Positions 1 through 9,834 of a DNA stretch of 64,000 nucleotides are shown here, in pieces. The notes beneath the pieces were generated by a model. It was not told the origin of the DNA, made no database searches, and was given only the letters and a program-made list of their open reading frames with translations. Positions within the stretch are counted from its first letter, which is position 1. Every line of letters starts with the position of its first letter. The stretch is from Candidatus Bathyarchaeia archaeon (lineage in GTDB: Archaea > Thermoproteota > Bathyarchaeia > Bathyarchaeales > Bathycorpusculaceae): positions 32,001 through 96,000 of the forward strand of contig JBEKTQ010000002.1 of the NCBI GenBank assembly GCA_049515895.1, given 5' to 3'. The position numbers and the translations under genes are program-made.

Positions 1-1
1 G

Positions 2-1153
2 ATGGTGCCATATGGCGGCCAATATCTGTCACTTACTGGTCTGGGAGTAATTACGCTTAACGATCTCAACGTCAGGAACTACAGGGTGGCTGACAGCGAA
101 TTTTCGGACTTCGTTGAAGAAACCCGAGCGACATATAGCGAATTGCGGTCGATAGCAGACAGAGGTAGCTTTCACGTTTCTAACCTAAGAATTAAGTTTC
201 CAGAAATGGATCTCTCGCAACTCTGGAGCGTGTCAATTGGTTTGGCCAAACTTCAAGGCGACCCCAACCAAATCGGTCAAAGATTTCTTTTTGCCCTTGA
301 TCTTATCAAGCATTTCGATAGCACCCTTCAAAATAAGATGATGGCAGCGGAAATCATGGCCTCCTCCAGGGCAGATCCCGCTCAATCGCCAAATAATTCT
401 GATCTCCAGAACCTGTCAGAACTTTTGGTTAAACTTGACCGCCAACTTAGGCATGACGCCCATGTTCCTAAACCACTTTCAGTAGGCGTTGCCGCCACTG
501 TCTTGTTTGGTCGGCGATTTGACGGCACTTTTTCAACTGACAGATTTGTGGAATTTTCCAAAATGACCTCTTCGTTTGAGTCAGCCGCGATACTTTCCAT
601 AACAAATGAGCCTTCAGACCAACTAGCCGGTAAATTCCAATCATTCAGATCACTATTTAATTCCTGGGGATTTCAGGTATCAGAGGATACCGAACTTGCT
701 TCTGCATATTTGTCGATTTCTGATTTGGCACCAGATGAGGTCAAGTTGAAAATGTCAATAATTGAAAATGGACTTAGGAATTATCTGGAGTATCCACTTG
801 TAGCTTCGGCAGTGCTTGCTTCAATACCGACCCTTGAAGCTAATGAAACTCTTGACCTGATGGAAAAGGCATATTCTTTGCTCGGGTCATACGCTGCAGA
901 TCTAGAACGTTCTGAAATGATAAGCCTTGCAGTAAGGATGATTCATGGAATCAAAAATGAACTTGTAAAGCAGCTTGATCCAACCGCGACTATTGTGAAA
1001 ACTCCAGTGCAGTTTACCTATGTCCCAACAAACATTTTCTTCCTATACTATGCACCGCTAATCATTGCACATTCATCATACTATTCGACATTCAGCGGCA
1101 TTGGAGGCTTCCATCCGGCCCATGTACATGGTGTAGGGGGCTTCATGGGTTGA
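2..1153 (+). CDS. Hypothetical helical protein (possibly DUF4003-like), probably 5'-truncated by the window edge
   Basis: 383-aa ORF open from the window start; its stop overlaps the TTG start of the next gene; C-terminal aromatic/Gly/His tail. The family resemblance is weak. Confidence 0.6.
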   Translation: MVPYGGQYLSLTGLGVITLNDLNVRNYRVADSEFSDFVEETRATYSELRSIADRGSFHVSNLRIKFPEMDLSQLWSVSIGLAKLQGDPNQIGQRFLFALDLIKHFDSTLQNKMMAAEIMASSRADPAQSPNNSDLQNLSELLVKLDRQLRHDAHVPKPLSVGVAATVLFGRRFDGTFSTDRFVEFSKMTSSFESAAILSITNEPSDQLAGKFQSFRSLFNSWGFQVSEDTELASAYLSISDLAPDEVKLKMSIIENGLRNYLEYPLVASAVLASIPTLEANETLDLMEKAYSLLGSYAADLERSEMISLAVRMIHGIKNELVKQLDPTATIVKTPVQFTYVPTNIFFLYYAPLIIAHSSYYSTFSGIGGFHPAHVHGVGGFMG

Positions 1154-2178
1154 ACTCAAAATCCCTTGTGATCACAGTCTTACTTTTCCTGGCTCTCTTT
1201 GCGGCTCCCGTTGCAGCAACTTACAGTCCCCATGTTGGAGATCATTTCAGCTACTACGAGGTTCAAGACCTTGGAAGCGGCACAGGTGATTACGCTGGAT
1301 ACAGCGAACACACAATCACTAACGGAGTGGAAACAGTAAACGGCGTCAATGCAGATGGAACCGTAGCCGCAAGCTATAGTTACTCATGGACTTGGAACAA
1401 CAGCACAGGCGCAACAGAAAATGGAAACTCATCTGGAGATTTCACCTTTTCACCCGTCACTTTCCTTTACATCAACGGAACTGACAACCAGACTGGGTAT
1501 GTTAACCCAACTGTCTGGTTCTGCATGGATAACTCGATCCCGAATGGTGGTACCTTTTCCCTTCTAAACACCGAGATGACGGTCATTTCCAGAAATTATA
1601 GCTATTATCTTCAATCCCAGAACAGAAATGTAAACACGATTTTTGCTCAAGGAACCTCAAGCTACCAAAGAAACGATGTATACGGACAATTCAGCGCCGA
1701 CTACACATGGAAAGCTTACTTTGACCCGTCTACAGGATACATCATAGGATACAGCTATAATGAACAGGATACCAGCCCATCGGGAACCGGGTTCACCTAC
1801 ACCGAAAACCTATATGTGAATTCAACTAGCTATCCGTTAACAGCCGCAACTGGTAGCAATCCAGGCGGGGCAAATTCAACCCCAACACAATACATCAGTT
1901 ACATCATTGTAATAATCGTAGTCCTTGTGGTAATTGCAATTCTAATTTACGCGCTTTCAAGACGAAGAGCACTTCCCAAACATTCTTACCAGCAATCGTA
2001 CCAACAACAATCTCCTCCGCCAGGTCCGCCCCCAGAAAAAATTGATTTGACTCCAAAACAACCGCCGGTACAGCAGATCGTTGTTAAAGAAGTTGTGAAG
2101 GTAAAATGCCAATACTGTGGAGCACTAATCGACTCCACAGCTCAGACCTGCCCTATATGCGGAGCCCCCAGAACATAG
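1150..2178 (+). CDS. Membrane-anchored surface protein with C-terminal zinc ribbon
   Basis: Signal peptide; S/T/Y/N-rich ectodomain with many N-x-S/T sequons; TM helix (YIIVIIVVLVVIAILIYAL); Q/P-rich linker; CQYCG...CPICG. Confidence 0.8.
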   Translation: MNSKSLVITVLLFLALFAAPVAATYSPHVGDHFSYYEVQDLGSGTGDYAGYSEHTITNGVETVNGVNADGTVAASYSYSWTWNNSTGATENGNSSGDFTFSPVTFLYINGTDNQTGYVNPTVWFCMDNSIPNGGTFSLLNTEMTVISRNYSYYLQSQNRNVNTIFAQGTSSYQRNDVYGQFSADYTWKAYFDPSTGYIIGYSYNEQDTSPSGTGFTYTENLYVNSTSYPLTAATGSNPGGANSTPTQYISYIIVIIVVLVVIAILIYALSRRRALPKHSYQQSYQQQSPPPGPPPEKIDLTPKQPPVQQIVVKEVVKVKCQYCGALIDSTAQTCPICGAPRT

Positions 2179-2187
2179 ATGGGTACA

Positions 2188-2958
2188 CTAAATTTTAATT
2201 TCCTTCTTTCTATCCCAATCCTTCCTTAGATACTGAAAAACCTGTCCAGACAGCTGCATATGCGCTTTCATGACGTTTCCTGAAGAAGCAAGATTGTAAC
2301 GGGAAATCTCGCAGAATGCCAAGCGGGCACGTTTTGACTTAAGCCATAGAAGCCGCGCATTCAAAATATCTTTCCCCATCCCTGTTCTCCTAAATTGAGG
2401 TTTCACATAAAGAGAATGCAGTCTTCCAACACCATTCACAAGTGAAACCCAGCCTAACCCTGCAATTTCGCTGTTTAGCTCAACAATGAAGCATCTATCC
2501 CCGTTCTTAAGCGCAATACTTACCCACCTCTTGTTTATCCCCGGATGCGTCAAAGCCATGAATCTTTCAATCTCGTTTAGGTGCCCCTTTTCGGCCACTG
2601 AAATTTCGTGGCTGAACCTGTGAGCAAGGGCAAGATTTTCCAGTTCTACGGTGTAAATATCGTAGATTTCACTTTCATGCTCGGTTTTCATCTCAGAGAA
2701 GAGCCAATTGAACGGTTTCAATTCGTAAAAGTAGTCAAATATCTCCCTTGATCTTGTAAAAATTGTTCCGCTCTTCTCCGAGCCGTCATAAATGAATAAG
2801 CCTGAGGTGTCCTCGTCGGAAGTTCTGGTTACGTAAGCTTCACCGCCTATATCCAGAATTTCTCTGGTGTAATATTGCAGATAAGGCTCAAAAAACGAGA
2901 AGCCAACTGGAAAAACCAAGTTAACATCAGATGCACTCAATAGTTGGGAAACTTCCAT
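2188..2958 (-). CDS. GNAT family N-acetyltransferase
   Basis: C-terminal motif A: LHSLYVKPQFRRTGMG. Confidence 0.8.
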   Translation of the reverse strand: MEVSQLLSASDVNLVFPVGFSFFEPYLQYYTREILDIGGEAYVTRTSDEDTSGLFIYDGSEKSGTIFTRSREIFDYFYELKPFNWLFSEMKTEHESEIYDIYTVELENLALAHRFSHEISVAEKGHLNEIERFMALTHPGINKRWVSIALKNGDRCFIVELNSEIAGLGWVSLVNGVGRLHSLYVKPQFRRTGMGKDILNARLLWLKSKRARLAFCEISRYNLASSGNVMKAHMQLSGQVFQYLRKDWDRKKEIKI

Positions 2959-3170
2959 TGCTCCCGATCAGCCCGTTGCTACAAATATAAATTTCAGACT
3001 GATAAACTTGAGTTCTCACTTATTCAAACGTTGCCTAATGGAAAACAGGGCACTCAACGAATTGAAAAGTGAAGCCGTTTCAAGCATCTGGGTTGAGAAT
3101 CCGGTGTTCGTCAATGATCCGCTGAATGAGTTAAATCAAGAAAGTTTGAGTAAACTCTAGTCTCAAAACG

Positions 3171-3696
3171 TTATTTTGGCTTCCTCACCAAAAGCAGAGA
3201 GATACCCATTGCTAACATATGATGCCGATAACTGTCACAAATACGTAAGGCTCGTACCAAGGGAAAGCAGGTTCATAAAACTGGCGAAAAAAGTTGCCTC
3301 CAGAAAGCGCTACCACAACAGCTCCACCGGCCATTGACCCCCCTGCTATGCGAGTGATGAGACTGTCATTTCTTTTATATGCAAAGCGTGTCCTTTGGCT
3401 AAACTGGCTCAGTAAACCTAGCGCTATCCACCAGGGGCCAAAAACAAATCCGGAAGGACAAAGCGACAGCAGCTCAATAATGTCTGCCAGCTTGAGCTGC
3501 ATTCCTATGGTTGGTACGCCGTTGTTTGCTAGAAAACTGCTGATGCTCACGTATGACGCGTTCAGCGCATAAGCTCCGATTAGGCTGGCTATGAGAACGG
3601 TGGCGCCTGCGCCAATGATGATGCCGTTGGTCAACACCGTTGTTGGTTTTGGAGCTAAATCGGTGCTGTCCGTGGGGTCCTGACTCCCGCTCTCAA
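3171..3696 (-). pseudogene. Frameshifted multi-TM membrane protein (pseudogene or sequencing indel)
   Basis: The hydrophobic ORF 3212-3637 stops at IIGIIC*. Adding one base (tgtta to tgttta) continues it as LAMGISLLLVRKPK* to 3171. The frame is also open upstream to about 3696, near an AGGAG. Confidence 0.45.
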
Positions 3697-4073
3697 TCTA
3701 TCGAAACTCCTGACTTATATGTTTAAAGAAACAAGTGGCAACGAGCCACCCGCACCGTCAATCAAGAAATTGATCTGAAAAGCACAGGAACACCCCAAAA
3801 CAAAGCAGACAAGGAAGTCAGGGAATCATCAAAGGGGAATTACAAAAACACAAGCATTTTCAGCAATTAACCCTGAATTTCAGTTCAATCGCAATCCAAT
3901 TTCATGGAAGAATAGTTCATAACTTCACGACACTACAAGCCTTCTCCATTAAGCTTTAGGAATTCTAAGCCTTCGCCGAGGGTATTCAAGGTTTAAAATA
4001 GGAACATTTTGAACAGTTTGGTTCAATTTGGCCCCGTCAAAACAAACAAATTTACACAAGGCAAAAGAATCCG

Positions 4074-6455
4074 TTATTTGCGGCCAAGCAAAAGCCGTAT
4101 CCTGCTAGCTAGCTGGTATAGTAGGCTGCTTATAGCGACGGCGAAAGCTGGAAACACCGGCATTATATACCAGTAGATCTTTGTCTGCGCAAACGAGAAC
4201 ACAAACAACACGATTGCCATCCACAGGAAAATCAGCGTATCCTGTTTCCTACTTTTAGTGAAGGCTCCGAATGCGCAAAGTCCAGCGGCGAAAGGCAGAA
4301 GAGCTAGCCAGAGCCAGTTTTCGTGGTAAGCCAAGTAGTTTAGGTAAAAGAGGTAGCCTGCAGCGTGACCCTCAATGGTGCTGGCTGACCGCGTAACGTC
4401 AGCGTAGATGAAGTACCAGTGCCAAAATTGATTTCCAAATCGGGCAGCCATGTAGATCAGCCAGGGCGAAAACAGCAGGAGCCCAACGCTCCAGAAAAGA
4501 GTAAAAGTCTTCGTGAAAATAAAACGCAAGCTCTTTCTTGTTGCAATCAAGTACACAAAGATGATGAGTGGAATCAACAGTGCAGCAATCTGCTTTGTCA
4601 TTAAAGCCAACCCAAAAAAAATGCCGCTTAAGATCGCGCCTCGAAATGAATTTTGTCTATCTTCGGTTAGAACAAAAAAGTATATGCTTGCCAAAGCGAA
4701 GCAGGTTAACGGGACATCGGTCATGGCGTATCTCGCGAAAACGTCGTAGGTTATGAAGGTGCCTAAAACAAGTGCCGACATGAATCCAACAGGGCGGTTG
4801 TAGAGTTTTTTTCCCAAGTAGAAGACAAGGACAAGAGAAAGGGCGCCGAATCCAGCCGTCCAAATCCTTGAGGCAAAATTCGTAACTCCGAAGACCTGGT
4901 AGCTAATAGACATAAGCCACATCAACAGTGGCGGCTTCCCTATCACGAAGGAAATGGCTCCGTCAGCCCAAGGGGTTAGGTAATCTCCCGTTTTAACCAT
5001 GTGATAAGCCCATTGAGAATATGTTTGCTCGTCGGCAATCTGAAGAACCCCGCTTCCCAAGTTAACGAAGAATATTGCTGAAAACGCCAGAATTGCCAAA
5101 ATGAAAATGGCGTCAGCGTGCAACTGGATCCAAGACGGGTTTTGCCCTTTAATGCCGATTGATACATTTTTTCGGTTCCGCCGTCGAGTAACGTACGCGT
5201 AACGAGTTACTGCAAAAATGGCAACTGCGCCTGTGGCAGATGCAATAGAGTCAAACACTACTGTTGTCCGAGGAAGGGGATTGGCGGGTTGCGAAAGATG
5301 CGGTTGACCTGTAGAGTTTGTTAAAGCCAAAGCGTAAACTCCGGAGTCATCTGAACCGATGTACAAAATGTCGTTTGCAATAGCAGGTGATGATTCAATT
5401 ATGTTTCCTGTCTGGTAACTCCACTCCTTGGCTCCGGTTGCTGCGTTAAAGCAGTAAATGTTGTTGTCTTGAGAGCCCACATACACGTTGCCGCCTGCCA
5501 CTGCCGGAGAAGACGTAACCCAGTACCCAGTTGGACTCTGCCAAATCCTGCTGCCCGTTGAAGCGTTGAGGCAATAAACATAATTGTCTTCGGAGCCAAC
5601 GTATACGCAGCCATAAGCGACAGCTGGAGAAGATTCCACCTCATCGGCTGTTTGGTACCTCCAAATTTGTTCGCTTGTGGAAGCGTTCAGGGCGTAAATG
5701 TAGCCATCGTAAGAGCCGACGTACACATAACCGTTGTAGGCGGAGGGAGAAGAAGAGTCAGACGTTCGAAGGGGATGACTCCAAATCTTGATGCCCGTGG
5801 ACGCGTTAAAAGCATAAACGTAGCCTTTGCCGCTGGTAATATATACTGTACCGCTTGAAACTGCTGGCGAGGAATTCATCGGGTCAAGGTTTTGCAAATT
5901 CCAAATCGTGTCGCCGTTTGTAGCGTTCAAGGCGCAGAGATTATTTTGGGAACCCACGTAAACAATGCCGTTTACAACTGCAGGGGAGGACCGCACTGGA
6001 CTGCCGATGAGAGTTCGCCAAAGAGGTACTCCAGTCATTATGTTTAGGCAGTATAGGTATCCGTCGTCAGCACCGATGTAGACACTGTAGTTATAGATAG
6101 CTGGAGACGACCACACTTCATTCCTGATTGGAAACTTCCAAATTACTCTTCCGTCGGAAGCGTTGAAGGCGTAAACTTGGCTGTTCCTTGAGCCGACAAA
6201 AACGCAACCGTATGCAAAAGCGGGGGAAGACTGTACCATTCTTCCGGTTGAATAATTCCAAAGCAGTTTAGTGGAATCCGATAAGGAGATATTCGCCGCG
6301 TAGCCACTGTGGCTTGAATCCTGTCGGAACATTGTCCAGGCGCCATTGCTGGAACCTGCGCTCGCTGAGCTGCCGAAAACCATCGACATGCTGGTGACTT
6401 GAATTAGGACAAAAGACAACATCAGCGCGATTAGTAGCCAGATGTGTTTTTGCAT
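4074..6455 (-). CDS. PQQ/BamB-like beta-propeller fused to an ArnT/PMT (GT39/GT83-like) glycosyltransferase
   Basis: Signal peptide from ATG 6455; about 8 SSPAV..G.VYVGS.D..VYALNA.TG..IW repeats; then a polytopic domain with DEQTY, KPPL and LALMTK motifs. Confidence 0.85.
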   Translation of the reverse strand: MQKHIWLLIALMLSFVLIQVTSMSMVFGSSASAGSSNGAWTMFRQDSSHSGYAANISLSDSTKLLWNYSTGRMVQSSPAFAYGCVFVGSRNSQVYAFNASDGRVIWKFPIRNEVWSSPAIYNYSVYIGADDGYLYCLNIMTGVPLWRTLIGSPVRSSPAVVNGIVYVGSQNNLCALNATNGDTIWNLQNLDPMNSSPAVSSGTVYITSGKGYVYAFNASTGIKIWSHPLRTSDSSSPSAYNGYVYVGSYDGYIYALNASTSEQIWRYQTADEVESSPAVAYGCVYVGSEDNYVYCLNASTGSRIWQSPTGYWVTSSPAVAGGNVYVGSQDNNIYCFNAATGAKEWSYQTGNIIESSPAIANDILYIGSDDSGVYALALTNSTGQPHLSQPANPLPRTTVVFDSIASATGAVAIFAVTRYAYVTRRRNRKNVSIGIKGQNPSWIQLHADAIFILAILAFSAIFFVNLGSGVLQIADEQTYSQWAYHMVKTGDYLTPWADGAISFVIGKPPLLMWLMSISYQVFGVTNFASRIWTAGFGALSLVLVFYLGKKLYNRPVGFMSALVLGTFITYDVFARYAMTDVPLTCFALASIYFFVLTEDRQNSFRGAILSGIFFGLALMTKQIAALLIPLIIFVYLIATRKSLRFIFTKTFTLFWSVGLLLFSPWLIYMAARFGNQFWHWYFIYADVTRSASTIEGHAAGYLFYLNYLAYHENWLWLALLPFAAGLCAFGAFTKSRKQDTLIFLWMAIVLFVFSFAQTKIYWYIMPVFPAFAVAISSLLYQLASRIRLLLGRK

Positions 6456-6626
6456 TGCTATCGTTAAAAGACACCGCCCCAAGTACATATTAAAGTAATT
6501 GAATTTCAACCGTAATGGTTTCAGGTTCCTGTTTTTTCAATCTTTAAGTTTTGCGCGGATTGTTGAGACAACAAGTATTGATAAGTCACCGCAGAGAAGT
6601 ATTAGCTCTCTCGAAAGTGCACCTGC

Positions 6627-6747
6627 GTGGTTAGCTGCCAAACTGCGGTAAGAACCTTACCAAGCCTGAAAAATTGAGAACGACTTCTATAGTATTGCGC
6701 TTTACTCATGCGATAACTGCGGCTCCAGGTTTAAAGTAGCCTACTAA
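6627..6747 (+). pseudogene. Small CPxCG zinc-finger protein with two single-base deletions
   Basis: Restoring one base at about 6639 and one at about 6674 gives MVSCPNCGKNLTKPEKIENDFYSIALYSCDNCGSRFKVAY*. Confidence 0.6.
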
Positions 6748-7114
6748 GCTATTTTAGCGAACATCTTTTGGCCTGTAGATAATCACTTTTCCATTCAGCT
6801 GATTAAACGCTAAACCGCCTTTCTTGGCGATGGCGCGAATTTGTTTTTCAGTTTCCTCATCAGGAACTGCCTTGATGAATTTGGTAATCTATCGAAAGGG
6901 GATCGTCTTGTTTCGATTTATATAATGAAACAGAATCGGGTGCCATGTTGGTACAAACCGCTGTGATTTCTTTTAGGCAAGTGACTACTTCATCTCGATT
7001 CACTCTGCGTTACCAAGAGTATTTAGTCTCGAGTATCAACATAATTTTGGCGTTGTCACCGACCTGTTCTACAAGTGTACAGAATGGGAAAAAAAGCCTC
7101 AAAACCATGAAATT

Positions 7115-8596
7115 TTAGGCGAAGAGATTTCTGATGTATTTCAGAATAAGCTGTGGCTGCTCAAAGGCCGTTTTCAATGCCCTTCGAGGATTTCTTATTT
7201 GATTTCTCAAAGATAATTTCTTGTATTCCTCAAGCGCCTTAGCGGCAATTTCCTTTACTTCTTCAGGAGCGAAATCCGGGGTGGAAATCAGCGGCATCCC
7301 TTTGGGTTGGCGAGCCGAGGCAAAAGCGTCCCAGCCCAAGTTTTCCTGAATGTACCCTTTAGACTTGCATTCTTCGTACAGTCTTGTGCCGTAGGATGGG
7401 GTAGCCATGAAAAGGTGCATGCCCACGTCATAATCTCGTTTGAGCTTTAGGGCGAAATCAACCGTTTTCTGCATGTTCTCTTTCTTTTCCCCCGGAAATC
7501 CGATGATGTAGAAGGCACCTGTTTTCAAGTCGATGTCCCTGCAGATTTTCGCGACTTCAACTACACGGTTCAGGTCTAAGCTTTTGCAAATTACGTTATC
7601 CAGTATCTGCTGGTCGCCTGACTCTACCCCGAAAAAGACACTGTTGCAACCTGATTTCTTCATTTTCTTCAACAGATTCATGTTTAAGCAGTCTGCTCTT
7701 ACCCCGTTTGGGGTTTCCCAACCAATCTTAATTTTCTTCGCAATTAATCCATCACAGATAGCTTCAAACCTTGCTAAGTCAAGGGTTAAGTTGTCGTCTT
7801 CAAAGAAAATGTTCTTGACATCAAATTTCTCGACGACGTACTCAATGTGCTGCAAAACGTAGTTTGCAGAGTTCGCTCTAAACACCTTGCCCATATGCAA
7901 GTGAACGGAACAGAAACAACAGTTAAACGGGCAGCCCCTGCTGGTAATCATCGATATGGCTCTATTCCTGAAACTGCGGTAACCAATTTTTTTGGGACTC
8001 AGGTACCGCTCCATATCCACCAATTCGTAGGCTGGGTAAGGAAGATCATCCAAATTCTCGATAAAATCTCTAGGAGAGTTCACTTTGACTTTTCCGTCTT
8101 GGCGGAAGGCAATTCCTAAAATTTCATTTAAAGGTTTTTTTCCTTCAAGAAAACCGGCTATTTCAGGCATTATGTATTCGCCTTCGCCAGCTACAGCAAT
8201 ATCAACGCTATTTGCCTCTTCAAGAAACCTTTTTGGCACAGTGGTGACGTGTGGTCCTCCTACAACCGTTAAAATGTCCGGGTTAACCTGTTTTGCTAAA
8301 TCGCTCACTCTAACCGAGTTTTCTATTTGACAAGTGAATGGCCCAGCAATACCCAGAATATCTGGTTTTCGACTGTCTATTTCCATTTTTATCTGGTCAA
8401 ATGGCAAACCTACGTTCAAAGTTTCGCCGTTCTTCTGTATTGAGCCGTCAGTCATGAAAGCATCCAATATTTCAGTTTGGTAACCTGACTTGATGAGCGT
8501 CGCAGCGATATACATTAAGCCGAGAGGTAGGTTGCCTGCTGGCGGTTCCGAACCCCGGTAAAACGTCTGCGGCGGATTGATCAGAAGTATTTTCAT
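7115..8596 (-). CDS. Cobalamin-binding radical SAM protein
   Basis: N-terminal B12-binding domain (PLGLMYIAA, VVGGPHVT); SRGCPFNCCFC; FFEDDN; GVESG. Confidence 0.9.
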   Translation of the reverse strand: MKILLINPPQTFYRGSEPPAGNLPLGLMYIAATLIKSGYQTEILDAFMTDGSIQKNGETLNVGLPFDQIKMEIDSRKPDILGIAGPFTCQIENSVRVSDLAKQVNPDILTVVGGPHVTTVPKRFLEEANSVDIAVAGEGEYIMPEIAGFLEGKKPLNEILGIAFRQDGKVKVNSPRDFIENLDDLPYPAYELVDMERYLSPKKIGYRSFRNRAISMITSRGCPFNCCFCSVHLHMGKVFRANSANYVLQHIEYVVEKFDVKNIFFEDDNLTLDLARFEAICDGLIAKKIKIGWETPNGVRADCLNMNLLKKMKKSGCNSVFFGVESGDQQILDNVICKSLDLNRVVEVAKICRDIDLKTGAFYIIGFPGEKKENMQKTVDFALKLKRDYDVGMHLFMATPSYGTRLYEECKSKGYIQENLGWDAFASARQPKGMPLISTPDFAPEEVKEIAAKALEEYKKLSLRNQIRNPRRALKTAFEQPQLILKYIRNLFA

Positions 8597-8837
8597 TAAG
8601 GGCCACCCAACGATTATAAAATTGACCGCTTTGGGATATTTAAATTGACTTCTTAGTTTAAATTGTCATAAAGCGTTTCTGAAGTTAATCTGTTTTCCTA
8701 TTTGTTTCTCAATTCATTATAAAAAATGCAAAGGCTTAGTTGGCTGTTATTGTAATACCACAACCACATAGGTTTATGAGCTGTTCTTCTGCTTTGGATA
8801 TTGTCAACTTTCGGTCAGTTCGGTGGAGGTGACGTTT

Positions 8838-9152
8838 TTGAGTATGCGTCAGGAAAGAAAAGGCAAGATGACTGTCGCTGAGGCAGGTAGAAAAGGTGGA
8901 GAAAAGACAGCTTCAACACATGGCCGCGAGTTTTATGAGCAAATCGGTCGAAAAGGCGGTGAGAAGGTTTCCGCGGAGCGAGGCCCGGAGTTTTACAGCG
9001 AAATAGGCAGCAAAGGCGGGTCTGAAAGAGCCAAGCAGCATGAAGGCACAAGTGAAGCTATGGGGAAGACCAGCCTTGAAGAAGCAGGCCACAGAGGAGG
9101 CCAAAGGGTTCGAAGGCTAATCCAAGCCGGAAAAGAACACGAAGAAGAGTAA
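8838..9152 (+). CDS. GsiB/Em-like (LEA group 1/KGG) stress hydrophilin, copy 1
   Basis: EAGRKGG..T...HG.EFY.EIG.KGG repeats; GGAGGTGA SD 5 nt before TTG 8838. Confidence 0.85.
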   Translation: MSMRQERKGKMTVAEAGRKGGEKTASTHGREFYEQIGRKGGEKVSAERGPEFYSEIGSKGGSERAKQHEGTSEAMGKTSLEEAGHRGGQRVRRLIQAGKEHEEE

Positions 9153-9233
9153 GAAACCCTTATTTTTAGGATTATTTTTTGTTAATTCCGTTCAAGATCT
9201 AGTTTTTCAAGCGTTTTTTAGGAGGTGAACTGG

Positions 9234-9422
9234 TTGTCCAGAGAAAAGGGTAAAATGACCGTTGAAGAGGCAGGCCGCAAGGGCGGGCTGCGAACATCTG
9301 AGACTCACGGTGAAGAATTCTACAGCGAAATAGGCCGTAAAGGCGGGAGGATAGGTGGCCCGAAAGGCGGGCAAAGAGTCCGCAAACTTATAGCAGCAGG
9401 AAAAAAGCATGAGCTTGAATAG
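9234..9422 (+). CDS. GsiB/Em-like stress hydrophilin, copy 2
   Basis: KGKMTVEEAGRKGGLRTSETHGEEFYSEIGRKGG; SD at 9221-9228, TTG at 9234. Confidence 0.85.
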   Translation: MSREKGKMTVEEAGRKGGLRTSETHGEEFYSEIGRKGGRIGGPKGGQRVRKLIAAGKKHELE

Positions 9423-9638
9423 ATACGCTTTTCTGCTTTTCATTTTGATTATTATCGCAAAATTTTGATTGTGGCTTTTATTTGACTTTTAGCGCAGGCG
9501 TTTTTCTTTTAAAAAAAAATCCCATGTTACTGCGCTATGACAGCCACATATCTTTAAAAGTTTTGTTAAGTGCTAGAAAAATCAGAAAGCGACTAAATCG
9601 CAAGAAAACGACTAGGAAAGCTCTTGGAGGTGACATTT

Positions 9639-9824
9639 TTGGCGAAAGAGAAAAGAAAGGGCAAGATGACGGTGGAGGAAGCTGGACGTAGAGGCGGAGA
9701 GAAAACTTCAGAGACACATGGGCGCGAATTCTACAGTGAAATAGGCCGTAAGGGCGGACAAAGGGTTCGCAGGCTAATTCAGGAAGGAAAAGCGAGTGAA
9801 CAAGAGTTAGCGGCAAACTGTTAG
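9639..9824 (+). CDS. GsiB/Em-like stress hydrophilin, copy 3
   Basis: KGKMTVEEAGRRGGEKTSETHGREFYSEIGRKGG; SD at 9626-9633, TTG at 9639. Confidence 0.85.
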   Translation: MAKEKRKGKMTVEEAGRRGGEKTSETHGREFYSEIGRKGGQRVRRLIQEGKASEQELAANC

Positions 9825-9834
9825 CACTTTTTTC

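Noticed and set aside
5330-6300. About 120-bp periodic repeats
   Set aside because: Explained by the beta-propeller blades of the CDS.
6946-7119. 57-aa plus-strand ORF (MLVQTAVIS...)
   Set aside because: No motif or well-placed SD; cannot be distinguished from chance.
7115-8596. Assigning the radical SAM enzyme to tetraether lipid modification (e.g. ring synthase)
   Set aside because: The motifs show only the B12-radical SAM class; a specific function needs phylogeny.
8823-9824. Repeated DNA (e.g. TTCTACAGYGAAATAGGCCGTAA) as a CRISPR array or mobile repeat
   Set aside because: The repeats are in-frame coding repeats of hydrophilin paralogs; there is no regular spacer structure and no cas genes.
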